Assembly (NCBI GenBank): GCA_049515735.1
Contig: JBEKTU010000018.1
Location: 1-24,000 of the forward strand
Reading direction: 5' to 3'
From: Bryobacteraceae bacterium
Lineage (GTDB): Bacteria > Acidobacteriota > Terriglobia > Bryobacterales > Bryobacteraceae
DNA length: 24,000 nucleotides
The notes under the pieces: generated by a model
Told to the model about the DNA's origin: nothing
Seen by the model: only the letters and a program-made list of their open reading frames with translations
Databases searched by the model: none
Translations under genes and position numbers: made by a program
Shown: positions 1 to 8,601 of the stretch, piece by piece
How positions within the stretch are numbered: position 1 is the stretch's first letter
Layout of the letters: every line of letters starts with the position of its first letter

Positions 1-68
1 GGATTGGCTACACTGTGTCATAGCAAAGGCCGTCTTTTTTTGGCGTTAACTGCTGTGTGGAAACTCAG

Positions 69-494
69 TTATGCCATGAAAGGCGGCTTTTTGCCAGTGC
101 CCCTGTGAGAAATGGCGGCTAAGTCGCACGTGTCGGTAGAAGCAACCGTCGGCAATTGTTCGTGCGCGAAGGGGAACGCCCACGTCAATTGCAGCGGGGC
201 TACGAGCGATTCCGGGAAAAAGCTACCGTCGGGCCCGCGCTTGGCCAAACCCACTATTTGCAACCGAACATCTTTGGCCGGGCTCCAGCTTCGCCGGTTT
301 CTGACGACGATATGATGATAAAGTGCCTTCTTGCCGTCGGCCCGGAAATTCAAGTCGCCTCGGCCGGCGCGAAGAGAGAGTTCGATCTGTGGGCCTGCGA
401 ACCAGGTTCTGACTTTATCGCCCCAGACGGCTAGTATGGCGACGGCAGCGCTCATCGCCGCTGATGCCCACTGGGCAAGATTTCCCACTTCCAT
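69..494 (-). CDS. hypothetical small membrane-anchored protein (one N-terminal TM helix, polar/beta-looking remainder)
   Basis: ORF track 69..500 starts at TTG. An in-frame ATG at 494 gives MEVGNLAQWASAAMSAAVAILAVWG..., one hydrophobic helix. No family recognised. A spot GC count of line 241-300 gives 33/60, lower than neighbouring genes. Confidence 0.45.
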   Translation of the reverse strand: MEVGNLAQWASAAMSAAVAILAVWGDKVRTWFAGPQIELSLRAGRGDLNFRADGKKALYHHIVVRNRRSWSPAKDVRLQIVGLAKRGPDGSFFPESLVAPLQLTWAFPFAHEQLPTVASTDTCDLAAISHRGTGKKPPFMA

Positions 495-501
495 AGTCAA
501 C

Positions 502-542
502 GAACCACTTTAGCATTCACGCCACGCGCTCACCAGTGGTTC
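502..542. promoter_or_regulatory. 8-bp inverted repeat (gaaccact N25 agtggttc) just upstream of the 69..494 gene
   Basis: gaaccact at 502-509 and agtggttc at 535-542 are exact reverse complements. They lie within 50 nt of the start codon on the minus strand. Function unknown. Confidence 0.2.
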
Positions 543-762
543 ACATTATTGCTGCAAGAGGCCGCGAGGTTCGAGTTGCGTGGTACGTCACGACCGCCGC
601 GGACCTTATCAGAGCGGTTCTTCTCATTCCCCCGTTCCGAGCGACTCGATCATCGTCGCGGCTGAGATAGCGTTATCGCATCACTCCCGCGATGTCCCCC
701 GTCATGTCAGTTTGACCCAACACGCCCGGCCGTCGAAGCGGAGCCAACGGGAGCGCCAAGTC

Positions 763-790
763 CCGATCTGAGAGATTATGCTCAGATCGG
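763..790 (-). terminator. candidate hairpin terminator downstream of the beta-propeller/phosphoesterase gene
   Basis: Perfect 10-bp inverted repeat ccgatctgag / ctcagatcgg with an 8-nt loop, about 60 nt past the stop at 852. No U-tract follows, so this is only a candidate. Confidence 0.3.
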
Positions 791-851
791 AGTTCCTGCG
801 AAAATGCTTGTCGGGAGGGCTGTCTTAACGCCCATGGCCCCTCCACCCCCT

Positions 852-3521
852 TCATTTCCGTGCCTCTGCTGGGTCGTCCATGCGCGGAGACGGCGCGCCG
901 CTGCGCGATTCGTGGGCGGTGGCGGGGTCGAAAATGCGCTTGTCTTCGGGGAGAGCCTGGTAGCGGGCCGGGTCCGGGCGGGAAGCGAAACAGTCGCTCA
1001 GGTCGGATGCGGTTTGATCGAAGAGATTTAACGGCGGCACATGCAACAGCCGGAAGATGGTCTTGAGCAGGCCGGGGAAGCTGGTGTTGGTGTGTGAGAC
1101 GTAGTTCTTTTTGAACCACGGACCGGCGCAGAGCAGGACCGTGCGGTGCGCGTCGATGTGATCGACGCCGCCTTGCGCATTGTCTTCGGTGACGAACACC
1201 GCCATCTCCTTCCACCATTTCGTGCCCGAGAGGTATTCCAGAATGCGGCCCAGGGCCAGATCGTTGTCCACAACGAAGGATTCCCGGTAGGGATAACCGT
1301 CCTCGGGACGCGCATCGGCCATGTGGTCGTTGGGCAGATGAATGAACAGGAATTGCGGCAGGTCCGAGCCTGTGCCGACGTACTTTTCGGCGATCTCATG
1401 AATGAACTGCGAGGCGCGGTATTGGTCCGGGATGTTCATGTCGAAACCCGGATACTGGCGCGAGGTGTTGCGGTAGAGGGGCTCCGGCATGGGCACATTG
1501 GTGAGAAAGCGGGCGCCGGTGGGTTCGAGATCGCCGCTCTCGTCGACTCCCGCCAGCTCGAATCCTTCGCCGAAGTTGTAAAAAAATATGCCGTACCGCG
1601 CAAAATGGTGCCAGATGGTGCCGGCCTCGAGTTGTTCCTCGGGATGCACGGAAGAAGCCGATCCGGCGAACAGCAGCCGGCCGGGTGCGGCGCCCAGCCG
1701 AAAATCCTTCTTCTCGCTGTAGGCCGCCAGCAGCGAGCTTTCCGTCCACGCGTTAGGATACGACCCAACCAGCCAATGGTGCCCGCCGGCGCTCACGTCC
1801 GAATCGGCGTAGAAGTTGTCGCTGAAAGTCCACTGCCGCGCAATCGCGTGGTGATTAGGAGTCACCTCGAGGTCCCTGATGCTGAGGCGCTTCCCGTGAC
1901 CGTCGAGATAACCGCGGCTGCCGAACCGCGCCATTTGGGGCGAACCCACGGCCCGCCCGTTGGATGCCTCGCGGATGTCTCCGAAGACTTCGTCGTAAGT
2001 GCGGTTCTCCTTCACAATGAGGACGACGTGGCGGATGCCATCGGGTAACGCCCGTGGCGCGTCGGGACGAGGCGCGAATCCGTCGGCTTGCATGACGAAC
2101 GCCGTGTGCGCCGCCAGCTCCTCTGCGCGCGGGAGCGGAAAAACAGAAACCGAGCCTTGGCGCAATTCGCTGGGAAGAATTCCGTTGAACGCCGCCCACA
2201 AGGAGACACTCGGCCCAACACCATTACCTTTGGCGTTGGTCACGAAGGCGTTCTCGCGATCGAGGGCCACGCGCGTGGGAAACCAGCCCACGGGAAGGTG
2301 CCCGACAACCCGCCGCTGGCGCGTATCGACGACGCCGACAGCGTTGATTCCCGCCTCGGCCACCAGCAGCCAGCCGGATTTTTCATGGTATGCCATCCCG
2401 ATGGGCAGCACGCCGCGCAGGGTTTCCAGGCCTGGAATGCGAATGGGAATCTCGGCTTCCACACGGTTGGCGGCGGCATCGATCACGGTGATGGAATCGT
2501 CGTTGGCATTGGAGACGAACACCTTCCCGGCGGCGGCCACGATGCCCGACGGGCTGCTTCCGCCGTAGCTTTGTTCGCCGAAGGGAATTCCCGTGCGAAT
2601 GAAGGTCTCCACCTTGGGAGCGGCGGGGCTGGAAACGTCCACCACGCAAACCGAATTGGACTCGAGCACATTCGGATCGCCCAAGCCGGGAACCATGACC
2701 GGGCCGCGCTCGGTCTGGCGCTCGACACCCGCGGCAGCCTCGGCGCTGGGAAATCCGAAAGCCGGGAACGGCAGGCCGGTAGCCCGCGCCTGTTGCGGAT
2801 CCGCTCCGGGGATGGCGCGGTATTCGAACATGCCGAGGTTGGTGACGTAGAGCTTGCGCCGGTCGGGCGAAAGCGCCAGCGCAAAGGGCAGCCGGCCAAC
2901 CCGCACCGATGCCAGCACCTGGCGCGAGCGCGTGTCAATCACCGCCACGCGAAAATTCGCCTGGTCCACCGCATAGAGAATGTTGCGCTCGGCGTCGAAC
3001 GCCAAATCACCTGTGAAGCTGTCGCCAAAGCCGCCCTGGTTGAGGTCGATCACGCGGCGCCGCTGGCTGGACCAGTCGAACAAGCTGATGCGTCCGGAAT
3101 TGCCTTCCGAGGCAAAGACGGCGTGCTCGCTGGAGAGCGCCAGCCCCATGAACACGCTGCGCCAGTCGCGGGCGTCAAACTCGTCCAGCATATCGATGGA
3201 GCGGGCTACCAGTTGGCGCACTTCCCAGCCGCCCCCCTTACCGCGCTCCATGACCGTCAGGGAATTCCTACCCGGCCCTCCGTTGGAGGTGACCACGGTC
3301 CTACCCGAGGCGCTTACTACTAGCCCGAAAGGACCAGAACCGGTGGGTTGCTGCTCTCCCAGCGGCGTGATGATGCGGCCGCCGGGCAGGATCGACGAGG
3401 CGGGGGTGCCCACTGGGCCCCGGAGGGCGGGGCGTATGCCGGCCGGCGCGGAGTAGGTCTGTGCGACGAGGGGGAGGCTGAACGTCAGAAGCGCCGACGA
3501 GAAGCGCCATGCGGCGGGCAC
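852..3521 (-). CDS. secreted bifunctional YncE-like beta-propeller / phosphoesterase (PlcC/AcpA-type) family protein
   Basis: ORF 852..3596. The N-terminal two thirds carry repeated propeller-type strands: LYAVDQANFRVAVID, LYVTNLG, VFVSNANDDSITVID, LLVAEAGINAVGVVD, AFVTNAKGNG. The C-terminal third carries phosphoesterase-family signatures: HVVLIVKENRTYDEVFGD, TPNHHAIARQWTFSDNFYADSDVSAGGHHW, FIHLPNDH, VTEDNAQGGVDHIDAHRTV. GTG at 3521 is preceded by GGAG and yields a signal peptide, MPAAWRFSSALLTFSLPLVAQ-T. The longest ORF (GTG 3596) adds 25 acidic residues ahead of it, so I prefer 3521. Confidence 0.85.
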   Translation of the reverse strand: MPAAWRFSSALLTFSLPLVAQTYSAPAGIRPALRGPVGTPASSILPGGRIITPLGEQQPTGSGPFGLVVSASGRTVVTSNGGPGRNSLTVMERGKGGGWEVRQLVARSIDMLDEFDARDWRSVFMGLALSSEHAVFASEGNSGRISLFDWSSQRRRVIDLNQGGFGDSFTGDLAFDAERNILYAVDQANFRVAVIDTRSRQVLASVRVGRLPFALALSPDRRKLYVTNLGMFEYRAIPGADPQQARATGLPFPAFGFPSAEAAAGVERQTERGPVMVPGLGDPNVLESNSVCVVDVSSPAAPKVETFIRTGIPFGEQSYGGSSPSGIVAAAGKVFVSNANDDSITVIDAAANRVEAEIPIRIPGLETLRGVLPIGMAYHEKSGWLLVAEAGINAVGVVDTRQRRVVGHLPVGWFPTRVALDRENAFVTNAKGNGVGPSVSLWAAFNGILPSELRQGSVSVFPLPRAEELAAHTAFVMQADGFAPRPDAPRALPDGIRHVVLIVKENRTYDEVFGDIREASNGRAVGSPQMARFGSRGYLDGHGKRLSIRDLEVTPNHHAIARQWTFSDNFYADSDVSAGGHHWLVGSYPNAWTESSLLAAYSEKKDFRLGAAPGRLLFAGSASSVHPEEQLEAGTIWHHFARYGIFFYNFGEGFELAGVDESGDLEPTGARFLTNVPMPEPLYRNTSRQYPGFDMNIPDQYRASQFIHEIAEKYVGTGSDLPQFLFIHLPNDHMADARPEDGYPYRESFVVDNDLALGRILEYLSGTKWWKEMAVFVTEDNAQGGVDHIDAHRTVLLCAGPWFKKNYVSHTNTSFPGLLKTIFRLLHVPPLNLFDQTASDLSDCFASRPDPARYQALPEDKRIFDPATAHESRSGAPSPRMDDPAEARK

Positions 3522-3821
3522 TTCTCCATCATAATCGGCGGAAACCGGAAGTGCGTCATCTGGAATCCAACATGGCGAAGAATGCCACAGTGCCACCCTA
3601 TATCAAAACCACTCGAAGATACCCCTTATCTTTAGTGACACCCGCCACTTGTGGAACCGCTCGAAGGGGTCGCGAAAGGGGGCTGCGATTTGGCACGCCA
3701 AATGCTTTTTGGTTATCCTGAGTTTAAGGTTCGTGGCATCGAGGGCGTCATTATCGAAGATGCACGCGCGCCTCAGCCATTGGACAAGAGGGTAGAGGGA
3801 AACCGTCTAAGGAGGAGACTA

Positions 3822-4496
3822 ATGGCATCCAGCATTGCAAGGGCGGCACCTCAGAATGCATTGGAAGACCCACTTGCGTTTCTGCCGTGCTCGAGGATCG
3901 CGGAGTTCAGGAAGGGTCAGCTAATCTACAGCCAGGACCAGCCTTCCACCAGCATCTATCTCGTGATCGAGGGCAAAGTGAAGGTTTCGCGGACGGGGAA
4001 TGACGGCCGCCAGGTAGTAGTGGACATCTATCAGCCCGACGAGTTCTTCGGTGAATCGGCCCTCCTGAATCTTCCACACCGGTGCGAACAGGCCGCTGCT
4101 CTCGACAACACCAGGCTGATGGCGTGGTCGACCGCGGAAATCGAGGACATGGTCGCCAAACGGCCGCGGCTGGCGGTGGCGCTGCTGCAAATCCTGGCCA
4201 AGCGCTCGATCGATTTCACGGAGCGGATCGAGAGCTTGTCGGTGGACAATATCGCGCGGCGCCTGGCTCGCTCGCTCATCCGTTTCGCCGACCGTGAGGG
4301 GACGCGCGGAGACAACGGATCGGCCCGCATGGCGCCGCTCACGCACGAGCTGCTGGCGCAGTACGTCGGCACCTCGCGCGAGATCGTGACGCATTACATG
4401 AACCAGTTCCGGAAAGACGGTCACCTGGAGTACTCGCGGAGAGGCATCGTCCTCGACCGCAATGCTCTCGGCGAGTGGCTGCGGCAGGGCGCGTAG
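3822..4496 (+). CDS. Crp/Fnr family transcriptional regulator
   Basis: cNMP-binding-type region (IYLVIEGKVKVSR...VVDIYQPDEFFGESALL) and C-terminal HTH (THELLAQYVGTSREIVTHYMNQFRKDGHLEY). ATG 3822 lies 6 nt after GGAGG (3811-3815). The upstream 57 codons of ORF 3651.. look non-coding. Confidence 0.85.
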   Translation: MASSIARAAPQNALEDPLAFLPCSRIAEFRKGQLIYSQDQPSTSIYLVIEGKVKVSRTGNDGRQVVVDIYQPDEFFGESALLNLPHRCEQAAALDNTRLMAWSTAEIEDMVAKRPRLAVALLQILAKRSIDFTERIESLSVDNIARRLARSLIRFADREGTRGDNGSARMAPLTHELLAQYVGTSREIVTHYMNQFRKDGHLEYSRRGIVLDRNALGEWLRQGA

Positions 4497-4505
4497 GCGG
4501 CTGGG

Positions 4506-6215
4506 TCAAAATGTGGTCCGGGCCGTTTGCGCGGTCCCTGCGGAATCGGCGATCTGGGCTTGGAAGGCACTGACCTGCGAAGGGTCTCCCGTCACGGGGA
4601 AGACGGCCGTCAGCAGAAAGACGCCGCCCAGACCCGAACTCTGAAAATAACTTGTGAAACTGGCCGTGGCGTCGGCGGTAATCGCCCCCGGCGCAACGGT
4701 GTTGCCGGCGGCGTCGAAGAACGTGAAGGTGAGCAGGCCGGCCGTGCGGGTGTTGTCGAAGCCCGTCACCTGCACTTCGACGCCGGTCGCGGACCGCACG
4801 CCCTGGACCGAAGTGATTCCCACGGTAGCGGGCAGGATGGTGATATCTTGCTGGGCCGTCACCCCGCCTAATGTCGCGGTGAAGGTGAGTGCGCCCGCCG
4901 TGGTGCCGGTCTGAAAAAGCGCCGTGAGTTGATCGCCGAAGTGTCCCTGGGTATCGCCGGGCGAGACGTTGAAGGTGGCCGTTCGCAATCCCGAGGCGAA
5001 CACGATGGCGGCATCGTCCGGGAGCCCTGAGGCAGGCTGAAAGTCGAGCGTCAGCGTTCCGTTCCCGCTGGTCTTGGATGTTGCGTCGAGCGTGACGGTG
5101 ACCGCTCCCTGCTGGTCGCTCAGGATCTGCGGAAGACTGATCGAGAGGCCCGGGGTGGGCAGGGACGGCGGCGGTGGAGGAGGAGGCGCGACGCCCGTCC
5201 CGGTGAGCGTGCAGGTGCTGCCGCCAACGACCAGCGAGCCGGTGCGGACGCCCGTGGCGGTGGGAGTGAACTGCACATAAAAGTCGGCGCTCTGGCCTGG
5301 CTGGACCGCCTGACCGCTGGGCACAGCACCGCTCATCAAAGCGAAGTCGCCGGCCGAAACCGCGATCGCCGGCGCCGTCAGGACCACGGTTGTCTGGTTC
5401 ACAACGGCGAAATGGCGCGCGATGCTGGAACCGAGCTCGACCGAGCCGAAATCCACCGGGCCCGCGCCGAGCGGCTGGAGACCCGCACCCGAGTCTGCTT
5501 CGTAGGTCAACTGCACGCCCGTCCCAACCAGCGCGTAGGTTTGGCTGCCAATCACCAGCGAGCCGCTCCGCGAGCCCGCGGCCGTGGGACCGAAACGCAC
5601 ATCGAAAGCGGCGCTTTGGTTGGGCTGGAGCAGCATACCGCTGGGCGCGACGCCGCTCAAAGCGAAATCGCTCGCCGCAACCGAGATGGCCGGCACCGTC
5701 AGGACTACCGCCATCTGGTTCACGGCCACGAAGTGGAGCACCGCACTGGAACCGAGCTGGACCGAACCGAAATCCACCGGCGCCGTGCCTAGCGGCTGAA
5801 GACCCGCTCCCGTATTCACCCCGTAGGTCAGCGCCGGCAGCACAGTGGCGAGCAGCAGAAGCGAAACTCCTCCCGACTGCAACGACGCGCTGTAGGAGCC
5901 GGCGCCCGGGGCGAGAAAAGTCACGGTGAAATCCACCGTCGCTTGCGGACCGAGCGCAAACGGAGGCGCCGGCCCATTCAGCGTAAACCCGACGCCGGCC
6001 ACCGACAGCACGGTCACCGTAGCCGCGGCGCTGGACGTGTTTTGCAAACGAAACCGGGCGGCGGCTGCCTGATTCGGGTAAACCGAGCCTAGATTGTAGA
6101 CGGCCGGCGCGGCCACCTCCGCGATGCCGTTCACCACGAAGAGGCTGAACTGCCCATAAACCGCGGGCGCGAGTGAAGCCGCAAGCAGCAGCACGCGAAG
6201 TAATCGTGCGCTCAT
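4506..6215 (-). CDS. secreted repeat protein: signal peptide, three tandem ~107-aa choice-of-anchor-D/ASH-like Ig modules, poly-Pro linker, two further beta-sandwich-like regions
   Basis: Signal peptide MSARLLRVLLLAASLAPAVYG-Q. Repeated module pattern: VDFGSV.LGSS....F.VVNQ..VVLT.PAI.V...DFAL......LQP.QSA.F.V.F.PTA.G.R.GSLV. P7 run at aa 344-350. The start ATG overlaps the upstream gene's stop (ATGA at 6212-6215). Confidence 0.8.
   Translation of the reverse strand: MSARLLRVLLLAASLAPAVYGQFSLFVVNGIAEVAAPAVYNLGSVYPNQAAAARFRLQNTSSAAATVTVLSVAGVGFTLNGPAPPFALGPQATVDFTVTFLAPGAGSYSASLQSGGVSLLLLATVLPALTYGVNTGAGLQPLGTAPVDFGSVQLGSSAVLHFVAVNQMAVVLTVPAISVAASDFALSGVAPSGMLLQPNQSAAFDVRFGPTAAGSRSGSLVIGSQTYALVGTGVQLTYEADSGAGLQPLGAGPVDFGSVELGSSIARHFAVVNQTTVVLTAPAIAVSAGDFALMSGAVPSGQAVQPGQSADFYVQFTPTATGVRTGSLVVGGSTCTLTGTGVAPPPPPPPSLPTPGLSISLPQILSDQQGAVTVTLDATSKTSGNGTLTLDFQPASGLPDDAAIVFASGLRTATFNVSPGDTQGHFGDQLTALFQTGTTAGALTFTATLGGVTAQQDITILPATVGITSVQGVRSATGVEVQVTGFDNTRTAGLLTFTFFDAAGNTVAPGAITADATASFTSYFQSSGLGGVFLLTAVFPVTGDPSQVSAFQAQIADSAGTAQTARTTF
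5190..6152 (-). repeat. three tandem ~321-nt intragenic coding repeats
   Basis: Copy 2 (5514-5831, aa 129-234) and copy 3 (5190-5510, aa 236-342) are recognisably similar at DNA level, for example ccgagctggaccgaaccgaaatccaccgg versus ccgagctcgaccgagccgaaatccaccgg. Copy 1 (5832-6152) is more diverged. Confidence 0.7.
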
Positions 6216-6703
6216 GGCTTCCCCACCGTGATGGTCGGCGCCCCGATGGTCAAGCTAACCGTCGGAACGGGTGCGGGAGGAGCTGACAGAGCTGCTGGAG
6301 CCGCCGGCGCAGGGGCGCTCCCGGACTTTCCCGCGACCAGGATTCCCGCCGCCGCGCCGCCGGCCGCCAGCACCGCCACCACGATCCACTTTCGATATCC
6401 GTGGGAATTGCCGGCAGTGGCGGGGTGCCCTCCGGCCGCGGCCCCGCTTCCCGGCTCGGCAATGTACTGGGAGGACACCATGCCGGCGCGCGCCTGCTCT
6501 TTGGACGCCACGATGCGAATCTGGAAAGGTCCGGGAGCGCGGTTCAACTGCAAGCCATGCACGCTGGCATGTCCATGGCTGTCGGTGACCGCCACTTCCG
6601 TCCGCATGCCGTTGGCGAAAACGCCGCCCGGGCCCTCCTCGGGAAGGTGAAAACTGACGGCCGCGCCTTCCACGGGCTTCCCGGTTTCGTCGGTGACTTC
6701 CAC
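6212..6703 (-). CDS. Ig-like/carboxypeptidase-regulatory-like domain protein with a TM helix and Ala/Pro-rich tail; the true N-terminus probably lies upstream (see finding)
   Basis: ORF from GTG 6703. Beta-sandwich-type motif TVEVTDETGKPVEGAAVSFHLPEEGPGGVF...AVTDSHGHASV...GPFQIRIVA. TM segment WIVVAVLAAGGAAAGILVAG. The frame stays open to 6883 and encodes a signal peptide there. Confidence 0.7.
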   Translation of the reverse strand: MEVTDETGKPVEGAAVSFHLPEEGPGGVFANGMRTEVAVTDSHGHASVHGLQLNRAPGPFQIRIVASKEQARAGMVSSQYIAEPGSGAAAGGHPATAGNSHGYRKWIVVAVLAAGGAAAGILVAGKSGSAPAPAAPAALSAPPAPVPTVSLTIGAPTITVGKP

Positions 6704-6869
6704 GGTCAGCGGGCGCGTGCTGCGCGACCCGGGAGCGTGTACCGCCCCGTCGCCCTCGATGACGCGGATCTGAAGAATGGCGACTTGAGCCGTCGCCGTG
6801 CAACTAAGCGCTAGGACAAACGCCGCTGCCAGACAAACTCTAGGGATGTGTACTGGAGTAGTGACGCGG

Positions 6870-7592
6870 TCAACCGGACTTTCTCACTAATATTACGGTG
6901 ATATTGTCCGGGCCCCCGGCTTCTTTGGCCGCCTCAATCAAGCGGTGGCAGCTATCTTCCAGAGTCCAGGCGTTCGCTCCGCCGCGCAGGATCTGCTCGA
7001 TTCGATCCGCATCCAGAACGCCGTGCAGCCCGTCGCTCGAAATCAGCACCAGCGCGCCCACCTTCAAGGGCACGCAATAGTAGTTCACGGTGAGCGGCGC
7101 GCTGGCCCCAATGGCCATGGTCAGCACGTGCCGCATGGGATGATTGCGGAGGCTCTCCTCGTCCAGCCCGAGCGGCCGGCCGACTTCGTTGACCCAGGTC
7201 TGGTCGTGGGTGATGGCGCGGAAGCCGCCGTCATCCAAGAGATAAGCGCGGCTGTCTCCTACGCTGGCGATGAAGAGGCCTTCCTCGGTTTCGAGCGCCA
7301 CCACCAGGGTGGTGCCCATGCCTTCCAGGTTGGGGTCGTGCTGCGCCGCTTCGAACACGCGGCGGTTGGCTTCCTCGACAGCTTTCCGCAGCACCTGGGA
7401 ATCGCGGTGCTGGGCCTGGAGCACCATTTCCGCCACGGTATCCACGGCCAATTGCGATGCCCGCTCGCCGGCTTGGGCGCCGCCCATCCCGTCCGCCAGC
7501 ACGTACAGTCCCAGCTCCGGTTTGATCAGGCAGTAGTCTTCATTATTCGCTCTTACGCAGCCTTGGTCCGACAACGCGAAGGCTTCCAACAT
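6870..7592 (-). CDS. PP2C-family Ser/Thr protein phosphatase
   Basis: MLEAFALSDQGCVRANNEDY..., LADGMGGAQAGE, SSDGLHGVL and GGPDNITVILV are PP2C/Stp-type metal-binding motifs. ATG 7592 is preceded by GGGAG. The longer ORF to 8090 overlaps the opposite-strand prenyltransferase gene and looks spurious. Confidence 0.85.
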   Translation of the reverse strand: MLEAFALSDQGCVRANNEDYCLIKPELGLYVLADGMGGAQAGERASQLAVDTVAEMVLQAQHRDSQVLRKAVEEANRRVFEAAQHDPNLEGMGTTLVVALETEEGLFIASVGDSRAYLLDDGGFRAITHDQTWVNEVGRPLGLDEESLRNHPMRHVLTMAIGASAPLTVNYYCVPLKVGALVLISSDGLHGVLDADRIEQILRGGANAWTLEDSCHRLIEAAKEAGGPDNITVILVRKSG

Positions 7593-7713
7593 TCCCACTA
7601 CTCCCTTCAGGCATACCGCTACACGCTCAAACTGTAACACGGGGTTAGCCGTGCCTGGAACCGCAACCGCAATTCTAGCCGATGGCAAGCGGTAAAATGG
7701 TGCTACTCTCCCC

Positions 7714-8598
<885 letters not shown>

Positions 8599-8601
8599 AG
8601 T

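Noticed and set aside
1-68. T7 run (aaaggccgtcttttttt) and a possible minus-strand ATG at 21-19 running off the left edge
   Set aside because: No convincing stem precedes the T-run on either strand. Only 7 codons of the putative ORF are visible, which is not supportable.
560-585. GGTTCGAGT, resembling a tRNA T-loop, as a possible tRNA or att remnant
   Set aside because: The flanking bases do not form a T-stem or acceptor stem, and no cloverleaf can be drawn. It is a single 9-mer with chance resemblance.
1146-3323. 300-aa and 411-aa plus-strand ORFs (1146..2048 and 2088..3323)
   Set aside because: They are antisense to the propeller/phosphoesterase gene, which has strong family signatures. 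Their translations are featureless.
3651-3821. 57-codon extension upstream of the Crp/Fnr gene
   Set aside because: A strong AAGGAGG plus ATG at 3822 fits the usual length of the family. The extension has no domain content.
3597-3821. Search for FNR (TTGAT N4 ATCAA) or CRP (TGTGA N6 TCACA) boxes in the divergent promoter next to the Crp/Fnr gene
   Set aside because: Only partial half-sites are present (for example atatcaa and ccacttgtgg). Nothing passes by eye.
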